Assembly: GCA_964057225.1 (NCBI GenBank) | Contig: CAXKVF010000084.1 | Coordinates: 248,001 to 312,000 of the forward strand | From: Auanema rhodensis | Taxonomy: Eukaryota > Animalia > Nematoda | Direction: 5' to 3' | DNA: 64,000 nt | Shown here: positions 13,905-26,800 of the stretch, in pieces | Layout of the letters: each line of letters opens with the position of its first letter | Position numbering within the stretch: position 1 is the first letter of the stretch | The notes under the pieces: model-generated | Told to the model about the DNA's origin: nothing | What the model saw: only the letters and a program-made list of their open reading frames with translations | Database searches by the model: none | Translations under genes and position numbers: made by a program

Positions 13905-16900
13905 GTCATGGTTACCATGCACCAATATCAATAAAAATTTCTTTTTAGACTAATATGGACATGGGGAATCTAATTTTGAAAACCGCATCTCTTTATCTTT
14001 CACGTGAAGCGAGTTACATACCAAGTGCACATCACGTGTACATTTAATTAGCATAAATTAAAGTTCACGTAAATTTCAAAGTCATGGTTACCATGAACCA
14101 ATATCAATAAAAATTCGTTTTTAGACTAATATGGACATGGGGAATCTAATTTTGAAAACCGCATCTCTTTATCTTTCACGTGAAGCGAGTTACATACCAA
14201 GTGCACATCACGTGTACATTTAATTAGCATAAATTAAAGTTCACGTAAATTTCAAAGTCATGGTTACCATGCACCAATATCAATAAAAATTTGTTTTTAA
14301 ACTAATATGGACATGGGGAATCTAATTTTGAAAACCGCATCTCTTTATCTTTCACGTGAAGCGAGTTACATACCAAGTGCACATCACGTGTACATTTAAT
14401 TAGCATAAATTAAAGTTCACGTAAATTTCAAAGTCATGGTTACCATGCACCAATATCAATAAAAATTTGTTTTTAGACTAATATGGACATGGGGAATCTA
14501 ATTTTGAAAACCGCATCTCTTTATCTTTCACGTGAAGCGAGTTACATACCAAGTGCACATCACGTGTACATTTAATTAGCATAAATTAAAGTTCACGTAA
14601 ATTTCAAAGTCATGGTTACCATGAACCAATATCAATAAAAATTTGTTTTTAGACTAATATGGACATGGGGAATCTAATTTTGAAAACCGCATCTCTTTAT
14701 CTTTCACGTGAAGCGAGTTACATACCAAGTGCACATCACGTGTACATTTAATTAGCATAAATTAAAGTTCACGTAAATTTCAAAGTCATGGTTACCATGC
14801 ACCAATATCAATAAAAATTTGTTTTCAGACTAATATGGACATGGGGAATCTAATTTTGAAAACCGCATCTTTTTATCTTTCACGTGAAGCGAGTTACATA
14901 CCAAGTGCACATCACGTGTACATTTAATTAGCATAAATTAAAGTTCACGTAAATTTCAAAGTCATGGTTACCATGCACCAATATCAATAAAAATTTGTTT
15001 TTAAACTAATATGGACATGGGGAATCTAATTTTGAAAACCGCATCTCTTTATCTTTCACGTGAAGCGAGTTACATACCAAGTGCACATCACGTGTACATT
15101 TAATTAGCATAAATTAAAGTTCACGTGAATTTCAAAGTCATGGTTACCATGCACCAATATCAATAAAAATTTGTTTTTAGACTAATATAGACAAGGGGAA
15201 TCTAATTTTGAAAACCGCATCTCTTTATCTTTCACGTGAAGCGAGTTACATACCAAGTGCACATCACGTGTACATTTAATTAGCATAAATTAAAGTTCAC
15301 GTAAATTTCGAAGTCATGGTTACCATGCACCAATATCAATAAAAATTTGTTTTTAGACTAATATGGACATGGGGAATCTAATTTTGAAAACCGCATCTCT
15401 TTATCTTTCACGTGAAGCGAGTTACATACCAAGTGCACATCACGTGTACATTTAATTAGCATAAATTAAAGTTCACGTAAATTTCAAAGTCATGGTTACC
15501 ATGAACCAATATCAATAAAAATTTGTTTTTAGACTAATATGGACATGGGGAATCTAATTTTGAAAACCGCATCTCTTTATCTTTCACGTGAAGCGAGTTA
15601 CATACCAAGTGCACATCACGTATACATTTAATTAGCATAAATTAAAGTTCACGTGAATTTCAAAGTCATGGTTACCATGCACCAATATCAATAAAAATTT
15701 GTTTTTAGACTAATATGGACAAGGGGAATCTAATTTTGAAAACCGCATCTCTTTATCTTTCACGTGAAGCGAGTTACATACCAAGTGCACATCACGTGTA
15801 CATTTAATTAGCATAAATTAAAGTTCACGTAAATTTCAAAGTCATGGTTACCATGCACCAATATCAATAAAAATTTGTTTTTAGACTAATATGGACATGG
15901 GGAATCTAATTTTGAAAACCGCATCTCTTTATCTTTCACGTGAAGCGAGTTACATACCAAGTGCACATCACGTGTACATTTAATTAGCATAAATTAAAGT
16001 TCACGTAAATTTCAAAGTCATGGTTACCATGAACCAATATCAATAAAAATTTGTTTTTAGACTAATATGGACATGGGGAATCTAATTTTGAAAACCGCAT
16101 CTCTTTATCTTTCACGTGAAGCGAGTTACATACCAAGTGCACATCACGTATACATTTAATTAGCATAAATTAAAGTTCACGTAAATTTCAAAGTCATGGT
16201 TACCATGAACCAATATCAATAAAAATTTGTTTTTAGACTAATATGGACATGGGGAATCTAATTTTGAAAACCGCATCTCTTTATCTTTCACGTGAAGCGA
16301 GTTACATACCAAGTGCACATCACGTGTACATTTAATTAGCATAAATTAAAGTTCACGTAAATTTCAAAGTCATGGTTACCATGCACCAATATCAATAAAA
16401 ATTTGTTTTCAGACTAATATGGACATGGGGAATCTAATTTTGAAAACCGCATCTCTTTATCTTTCACGTGAAGCGAGTTACATACCAAGTGCACATCACG
16501 TGTACATTTAATTAGCATAAATTAAAGTTCACGTAAATTTCAAAGTCATGGTTACCATGAACCAATATCAATAAAAATTTGTTTTTAGACTAATATGGAC
16601 ATGGGGAATCTAATTTTGAAAACCGCATCTCTTTATCTTTCACGTGAAGCGAGTTACATACCAAGTGCACATCACGTGTACATTTAATTAGCATAAATTA
16701 AAGTTCACGTAAATTTCAAAGTCATGGTTACCATGAACCAATATCAATAAAAATTTGTTTTTAGACTAATATGGACATGGGGAATCTAATTTCGAAAACC
16801 GCATCTCTTTATCTTTCACGTGAAGCGAGTTACATACCAAGTGCACATCACGTGTACATTTAATTAGCATAAATTAAAGTTCACGTAAATTACAAAGTCA

Positions 16901-19900
16901 TGGTTACCATGAACCAATATCAATAAAAATTTGTTTTTAGACTAATATGGACATGGGGAATCTAATTTTGAAAACCGCATCTCTTTATCTTTCACGTGAA
17001 GCGAGTTACATACCAAGTGCACATCACGTATACATTTAATTAGCATAAATTAAAGTTCACGTAAATTTCAAAGTCATGGTTACCATGAACCAATATCAAT
17101 AAAAATTTGTTTTTAGACTAATATGGACATGGGGAATCTAATTTTGAAAACCGCATCTCTTTATCTTTCACGTGAAGCGAGTTACATACCAAGTGCACAT
17201 CACGTGTACATTTAATTAGCATAAATTAAAGTTCACGTAAATTTCAAAGTCATGGTTACCATGAACCAAAATCAATAAAAATTTGTTTTTAGACTAATAT
17301 GGACATGGGGAATCTAATTTTGAAAACCGCATCTCTTTATCTTTCACGTGAAGCGAGTTACATACCAAGTGCACATCACGTGTACATTTAATTAGCATAA
17401 ATTAAAGTTCACGTAAATTTCAAAGTCATGGTTACCATGCACCAATATCAATAAAAATTTGTTTTTAGACTAATATGGACATGGGGAATCTAATTTTGAA
17501 AACCGCATCTCTTCATCTTTCACGTGAAGCGAGTTACATACCAAGTGCACATCACGTGTACATTTAATTAGCATAAATTAAAGTTCACGTAAATTTCAAA
17601 GTCATGGTTACCATGCACCAATATCAATAAAAATTTGTTTTTAGACTAATATGGACATGGGGAATCTAATTTTGAAAACCGCATCTCTTTATCTTTCACG
17701 TGAAGCGAGTTACATACCAAGTGCACATCACGTGTACATTTAATTAGCATAAATTAAAGTTCACGTAAATTTCAAAGTCATGGTTACCATGAACCAATAT
17801 CAATAAAAATTTGTTTTTAGACTAATATGGACATGGGGAATCTAATTTTGAAAACCGCATCTCTTTATCTTTCACGTGAAGCGAGTTACATACCAAGTGC
17901 ACATCACGTGTACATTTAATTAGCATAAATTAAAGTTCACGTAAATTTCAAAGTCATGGTTACCATGCACCAATATCAATAAAAATTTGTTTTTAAACTA
18001 ATATGGACATGGGGAATCTAATTTTGAAAACCGCATCTCTTTATCTTTCACGTGAAGCGAGTTACATACCAAGTGCACATCACGTGTACATTTAATTAGC
18101 ATAAATTAAAGTTCACGTAAATTTCAAAGTCATGGTTACCATGCACCAATATCAATAAAAATTTGTTTTTAGACTAATATGGACATGGGGAATCTAATTT
18201 TGAAAACCGCATCTCTTTATCTTTTACGTGAAGCGAGTTACATACCAAGTGCACATCACGTGTACATTTAATTAGCATAAATTAAAGTTCACGTGAATTT
18301 CAAAGTCATGGTTACCATGAACCAATATCAATAAAAATTTGTTTTTAGACTAATATGGACATGGGGAATCTAATTTTGAAAACCGCATCTCTTTATCTTT
18401 CACGTGAAGCGAGTTACATACCAAGTGCACATCACGTATACATTTAATTAGCATAAATTAAAGTTCACGTAAATTTCAAAGTCATGGTTACCATGAACCA
18501 ATATCAATAAAAATTTGTTTTTAGACTAATATGGACATGGGGAATCTAATTTTGAAAACCGCATCTCTTTATCTTTCATGTGAAGCGAGTTACATACCAA
18601 GTGCACATCACGTGTACATTTAATTAGCATAAATTAAAGTTCACGTAAATTTCAAAGTCATGGTTACCATGCACCAATATCAATAAAAATTTGTTTTTAG
18701 ACTAATATGGACATGGGGAATCTAATTTTGAAAACCGCATCTCTTTATCTTTCACGTGAAGCGAGTTACATACCAAGTGCACATCACGTGTACATTTAAT
18801 TAGCATAAATTAAAGTTCACGTAAATTTCAAAGTCATGGTTACCATGCACCAATATCAATAAAAATTTGTTTTCAGACTAATATGGACATGGGGAATCTA
18901 ATTTTGAAAACCGCATCTCTTTATCTTTCACGTGAAGCGAGTTACATACCAAGTGCACATCACGTGTACATTTAATTAGCATAAATTAAAGTTCACGTAA
19001 ATTTCAAAGTCATGGTTACCATGAACCAATATCAATAAAAATTTGTTTTTAGACTAATATGGACATGGGGAATCTAATTTTGAAAACCGCATTTCTTTAT
19101 CTTTCACGTGAAGCGAGTTACATACCAAGTGCACATCACGTGTACATTTAATTAGCATAAATTAAAGTTCACGTAAAATTCAAAGTCATGGTTACCATGA
19201 ACCAATATCAATAAAAATTTGTTTTTAGACTAATATGGACATGGGGAATCTAATTTTGAAAACCGCATCTCTTTATCTTTCACGTGAAGCGAGTTACATA
19301 CCAAGTGCACATCACGTGTACATTTAATTAGCATAAATTAAAGTTCACGTAAATTTCAAAGTCATGGTTACCATGAAGCAATATCAATAAAAATTTGTTT
19401 TTAGACTAATATGGACATGGGGAATCTAATTTTGAAAACCGCATCTCTTTATCTTTCACGTGAAGCGAGTTACATACCAAGTGCACATCACGTTTACATT
19501 TAATTAGCATTAATTAAAGTTCACGTAAATTTCAAAGTCATGGTTACCATGAAGCAATATCAATAAAAATTTGTTTTTAGACTAATATGGACATGGGGGA
19601 TCTAATTTTGAAAACCGCATCTCTTTATCTTTCACGTGAAGCGAGTTACATACCAAGTGCACATCACGTGTACATTTAATTAGCATAAATTAAAGTTCAC
19701 GTAAATTTCAAAGTCATGGTTACCATGAACCAATATCAATAAAAATTTGTTTTTAGACTAAGATGGACATGGGGAATCTAATTTTGAAAACCGCATCTCT
19801 TTATCTTTCACGTGAAGCGAGTTACATACCAAGTGCACATCACGTGTACATTTAATTAGCATAAATTAAAGTTCACGTAAATTTCAAAGTCATGGTTACC

Positions 19901-22133
19901 ATGAACCAATATCAATAAAAATTTGTGTTTAGACTAATATGGACATGGGGAATCTAATTTCGAAAACCGCATCTCTTTATCTTTCACGTGAAGCGAGTTA
20001 CATACCAAGTGCACATCACGTGTACATTTAATTAGCATAAATTAAAGTTCACGTAAATTACAAAGTCATGGTTACCATGAACCAATATCAATAAAAATTT
20101 GTTTTTAGACTAATATGGACATGGGGAATCTAATTTTGAAAACCGCATCTCTTTATCTTTCACGTGAAGCGAGTTACATACCAAGTGCACATCACGTATA
20201 CATTTAATTAGCATAAATTAAAGTTCACGTAAATTTCAAAGTCATGGTTACCATGAACCAATATCAATAAAAATTTGTTTTTAGACTAATATGGACATGG
20301 GGAATCTAATTTTGAAAACCGCATCTCTTTATCTTTCACGTGAAGCGAGTTACATACCAAGTGCACATCACGTGTACATTTAATTAGCATAAATTAAAGT
20401 TCACGTGAATTTCAAAGTCATGGTTACCATGCACCAATATCAATAAAAATTTGTTTTTAGACTAATATGGACAAGAGGAATCTAATTTTGAAAACCGCAT
20501 CTCTTTATCTTTCACGTGAAGCGAGTTACATACCAAGTGCACATCACGTGTACATTTAATTAGCATAAATTAAAGTTCACGTAAATTTCAAAGTCATGGT
20601 TACCATGCACCAATATCAATAAAAATTTGTTTTTAGACTAATATGGACATGGGGAATCTAATTTTGAAAACCGCATCTCTTTATCTTTCACGTGAAGCGA
20701 GTTACATACCAAGTGCACATCACGTGTACATTTAATTAGCATAAATTAAAGTTCACGTAAATTTCAAAGTCATGGTTACCATGAACCAATATCAATAAAA
20801 ATTTGTTTTTAGACTAATATGGACATGGGGAATCTAATTTTGAAAACCGCATCTCTTTATCTTTCACGTGAAGCGAGTTACATACCAAGTGCACATCACG
20901 TGTACATTTAATTAGCATAAATTAAAGTTCACGTAAATTTCAAAGTCATGGTTACCATGAACCAATATCAATAAAAATTTGTTTTTAGACTAATATGGAC
21001 ATGGGGAATCTAATTTTGAAAACCGCATCTCTTTATCTTTCACGTGAAGCGAGTTACATACCAAGTGCACATCACGTGTACATTTAATTAGCATAAATTA
21101 AAGTTCACGTAAATTTCAAAGTCATGGTTACCATGCACCAATATCAATAAAAATTTGTTTTTAGACTAATATGGACATGGGGAATCTAATTTTGAAAACC
21201 GCATCTTTTTATCTTTCACGTGAAGCGAGTTACATACCAAGTGCACATCACGTGTACATTTAATTAGCATAAATTAAAGTTCACGTAAATTTCAAAGTCA
21301 TGGTTACCATGCACCAATATCAATAAAAATTTGTTTTTAAACTAATATGGACATGGGGAATCTAATTTTGAAAACCGCATCTCTTTATCTTTCACGTGAA
21401 GCGAGTTACATACCAAGTGCACATCACGTGTACATTTAATTAGCATAAATTAAAGTTCACGTAAATTTCAAAGTCATGGTTACCATGCACCAATATCAAT
21501 AAAAATTTGTTTTTAGACTAATATGGACATGGGGAATCTAATTTTGAAAACCGCATCTCTTTATCTTTCACGTGAAGCGAGTTACATACCAAGTGCACAT
21601 CACGTGTACATTTAATTAGCATAAATTAAAGTTCACGTAAATTTCAAAGTCATGGTTACCATGAACCAATATCAATAAAAATTTGTTTTTAGACTAATAT
21701 GGACATGGGGAATCTAATTTTGAAAACCGCATCTCTTTATCTTTCACGTGAAGCGAGTTACATACCAAGTGCACATCACGTATACATTTAATTAGCATAA
21801 ATTAAAGTTCACGTAAATTTCAAAGTCATGGTTACCATGAACCAATATCAATAAAAATTTGTTTTTAGACTAATATGGACATGGGGAATCTAATTTTGAA
21901 AACCGCATCTCTTTATCTTTCACGTGAAGCGAGTTACATACCAAGTGCACATCACGTGTACATTTAATTAGCATAAATTAAAGTTCACGTAAATTTCAAA
22001 GTCATGGTTACCATGAACCAATATCAATAAAAATTTGTTTTTAGACTAATATGGACATGGGGAATCTAATTTTGAAAACCGCATCTCTTTATCTTTCACG
22101 TGAAGCGAGTTACATACCAAGTGCACATCACGT

Positions 22134-23850
22134 ATACATTTAATTAGCATAAATTAAAGTTCACGTAAATTTCAAAGTCATGGTTACCATGAACCAATAT
22201 CAATAAAAATTTGTTTTTAGACTAATATGGACATGGGGAATCTAATTTTGAAAACCGCATCTCTTTATCTTTCACGTGAAGCGAGTTACATACCAAGTGC
22301 ACATCACGTGTACATTTAATTAGCATAAATTAAAGTTCACGTAAATTTCAAAGTCATGGTTACCATGCACCAATATCAATAAAAATTTGTTTTTAGACTA
22401 ATATGGACATGGGGAATCTAATTTTGAAAACCGCATCTCTTTATCTTTCACGTGAAGCGAGTTACATACCAAGTGCACATCACGTGTACATTTAATTAGC
22501 ATAAATTAAAGTTCACGTAAATTTCAAAGTCATGGTTACCATGCACCAATATCAATAAAAATTTGTTTTCAGACTAATATGGACATGGGGAATCTAATTT
22601 TGAAAACCGCATCTCTTTATCTTTCACGTGAAGCGAGTTACATACCAAGTGCACATCACGTGTACATTTAATTAGCATAAATTAAAGTTCACGTAAATTT
22701 CAAAGTCATGGTTACCATGAACCAATATCAATAAAAATTTGTTTTTAGACTAATATGGACATGGGGAATCTAATTTTGAAAACCGCATCTCTTTATCTTT
22801 CACGTGAAGCGAGTTACATACCAAGTGCACATCACGTGTACATTTAATTAGCATAAATTAAAGTTCACGTAAATTTCAAAGTCATGGTTACCATGAACCA
22901 ATATCAATAAAAATTTGTTTTTAGACTAATATGGACATGGGGAATCTTATTTCGAAAACCGCATCTCTTCATCTTTCACGTGAAGCGAGTTACATACCAA
23001 GTGCACATCACGTATACATTTAATTAGCATAAATTAAAGTTCACGTAAATTTCAAAGTCATGGTTACCATGAACCAATATCAATAAAAATTTGTTTTTAG
23101 ACTAATATGGACATGGGGAATCTAATTTTGAAAACCGCATCTCTTTATCTTTCACGTGAAGCGAGTTACATACCAAGTGCACATCACGTGTACATTTAAT
23201 TAGCATAAATTAAAGTTCACGTAAATTTCAAAGTCATGGTTACCATGCACCAATATCAATAAAAATTTGTTTTTAGACTAATATGGACATGGGGAATCTA
23301 ATTTTGAAAACCGCATCTCTTTATCTTTCACGTGAAGCGAGTTACATACCAAGTGCACATCACGTGTACATTTAATTAGCATAAATTAAAGTTCACGTAA
23401 ATTTCAAAGTCATGGTTACCATGCACCAATATCAATAAAAATTTGTTTTCAGACTAATATGGACATGGGGAATCTAATTTTGAAAACCGCATCTCTTTAT
23501 CTTTCACGTGAAGCGAGTTACATACCAAGTGCACATCACGTGTACATTTAATTAGCATAAATTAAAGTTCACGTAAATTTCAAAGTCATGGTTACCATGA
23601 ACCAATATCAATAAAAATTTGTTTTTAGACTAATATGGACATGGGGAATCTAATTTTGAAAACCGCATCTCTTTATCTTTCACGTGAAGCGAGTTACATA
23701 CCAAGTGCACATCACGTGTACATTTAATTAGCATAAATTAAAGTTCACGTAAATTTCAAAGTCATGGTTACCATGAACCAATATCAATAAAAATTTGTTT
23801 TTAGACTAATATGGACATGGGGAATCTTATTTCGAAAACCGCATCTCTTC
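22134..23850 (+). repeat. 5-monomer (880 bp) tandem duplication
   Basis: The triple variant A68T+T73C+T90C is in the monomers starting at 22881 and 23761. T42C is in the monomers at 22529 and 23409. Confidence 0.85.
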
Positions 23851-26800
23851 ATCTTTCACGTGAAGCGAGTTACATACCAAGTGCACATCACGTGTACATT
23901 TAATTAGCATAAATTAAAGTTCACGTAAATTACAAAGTCATGGTTACCATGAACCAATATCAATAAAAATTTGTTTTTAGACTAATATGGACATGGGGAA
24001 TCTAATTTTGAAAACCGCATCTCTTTATCTTTCACGTGAAGCGAGTTACATACCAAGTGCACATCACGTATACATTTAATTAGCATAAATTAAAGTTCAC
24101 GTAAATTTCAAAGTCATGGTTACCATGAACCAATATCAATAAAAATTTGTTTTTAGACTAATATGGACATGGGGAATCTAATTTTGAAAACCGCATCTCT
24201 TTATCTTTCACGTGAAGCGAGTTACATACCAAGTGCACATCACGTGTACATTTAATTAGCATAAATTAAAGTTCACGTAAATTTCAAAGTCATGGTTACC
24301 ATGCACCAATATGAATAAAAATTTGTTTTTAGACTAATATGGACATGGGGAATCTAATTTTGAAAACCGCATCTCTTTATCTTTCACGTGAAGCGAGTTA
24401 CATACCAAGTGCACATCACGTGTACATTTAATTAGCATAAATTAAAGTTCACGTAAATTTCAAAGTCATGGTTACCATGCACCAATATCAATAAAAATTT
24501 GTTTATAGACTAATATGGACATGGGGAATCTAATTTTGAAAACCGCATCTCTTTATCTTTCACGTGAAGCGAGTTACATACCAAGTGCACATCACGTGTA
24601 CATTTAATTAGCATAAATTAAAGTTCACGTAAATTTCAAAGTCATGGTTACCATGAACCAATATCAATAAAAATTTGTTTTTAGACTAATATGGACATGG
24701 GGAATCTAATTTTGAAAACCGCATCTCTTTATCTTTCACGTGAAGCGAGTTACATACCAAGTGCACATCACGTGTACATTTAATTAGCATAAATTAAAGT
24801 TCACGTAACTTTCAAAGTCATGGTTACCATGCACCAATATCAATAAAAATTTGTTTTTAGACTAATATGGACATGGGGAATCTAATTTTGAAAACCGCAT
24901 CTCTTTATCTTTCACGTGAAGCGAGTTACATACTAAGTGCACATCACGTGTACATTTAATTAGCATAAATTAAAGTTCACGTAAATTTCAAAGTCATGGT
25001 TACCATGCACCAATATCAATAAAAATTTGTTTTTAGACTAATATGGACATGGGGAATCTAATTTTGAAAACCGCATCTCTTTATCTTTCACGTGAAGCGA
25101 GTTACATACCAAGTGCACATCACGTGTACATTTAATTAGCATAAATTAAAGTTCACGTAACTTTCAAAGTCATGGTTACCATGCACCAATATCAATAAAA
25201 ATTTGTTTTTAGACTAATATGGACATGGGGAATCTAATTTTGAAAACCGCATCTCTTTATCTTTCACGTGAAGCGAGTTACATACTAAGTGCACATCACG
25301 TGTACATTTAATTAGCATAAATTAAAGTTCACGTAAATTTCAAAGTCATGGTTACCATGCACCAATATCAATAAAAATTTGTTTTTAGACTAATATGGAC
25401 ATGGGGAATCTAATTTTGAAAACCGCATCTCTTTATCTTTCACGTGAAGCGAGTTACATACCAAGTGCACATCACGTGTACATTTAATTAGCATAAATTA
25501 AAGTTCACGTAAATTTCAAAGTCATGGTTACCATGCACCAATATCAATAAAAATTTGTTTTTAGACTAATATGGACATGGGGAATCTAATTTTGAAAACC
25601 GCATCTCTTTATCTTTCACGTGAAGCGAGTTACATACCAAGTGCACATCACGTGTACATTTAATTAGCATAAATTAAAGTTCACGTAAATTTCAAAGTCA
25701 TGGTTACCATGCACCAATATCAATAAAAATTTGTTTTTAAACTAATATGGACATGGGGAATCTAATTTTGAAAACCGCATCTCTTTATCTTTCACGTGAA
25801 GCGAGTTACATACCAAGTGCACATCACGTGTACATTTAATTAGCATAAATTAAAGTTCACGTAAATTTCAAAGTCATGGTTACCATGAACCAATATCAAT
25901 AAAAATTTGTTTTTAGACTAATATGGACATGGGGAATCTAATTTTGAAAACCGAATCTCTTTATCTTTCACGTGAAGCGAGTTACATACCAAGTGCACAT
26001 CACGTGTACATTTAATTAGCATAAATTAAAGTTCACGTGAATTTCAAAGTCATGGTTACCATGCACCAATATCAAAAAAAATTAGTTTTTAGACTAATAT
26101 GGACATGGGGAATCTAATTTTGAAAACCGCATCTCTTTATCTTTCACGTGAAGCGAGTTACATACCAAGTGCACATCACGTGTACATTTAATTAGCATAA
26201 ATTAAAGTTCACGTAAATTTCAAAGTCATGGTTACCATGAACCAATATCAATAAAAATTTGTTTTTAGACTAATATGGACATGGGGAATCTAATTTTGAA
26301 AACCGCATCTCTTTATCTTTCACGTGAAGCGAGTTACATACCAAGTGCACATCACGTGTACATTTAATTAGCATAAATTAAAGTTCACGTAAATTTCAAA
26401 GTCATGGTTACCATGAACCAATATCAATAAAAATTTGTTTTTAGACTAATATGGACATGGGGAATCTAATTTTGAAAACCGCATCTCTTTATCTTTCACG
26501 TGAAGCGAGTTACATACCAAGTGCACATCACGTGTACATTTAATTAGCATAAATTAAAGTTCACGTAAATTTCAAAGTCATGGTTACCATGAACCAATAT
26601 CAATAAAAATTTGTTTTTAGACTAATATGGACATGGGGAATCTAATTTTGAAAACCGCATCTCTTTATCTTTCACGTGAAGCGAGTTACATACCAAGTGC
26701 ACATCACGTGTACATTTAATTAGCATAAATTAAAGTTCACGTGAATTTCAAAGTCATGGTTACCATGAACCAATATCAATAAAAATTTGTTTTTAGACTA

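Noticed and set aside
16790-16808. CENP-B box created by the T73C variant (ttcgaaaaccgc)
   Set aside because: It does not fit TTCGNNNNANNCGGG: the CGGG and the spaced A are missing. The consensus monomer has no CENP-B box either.
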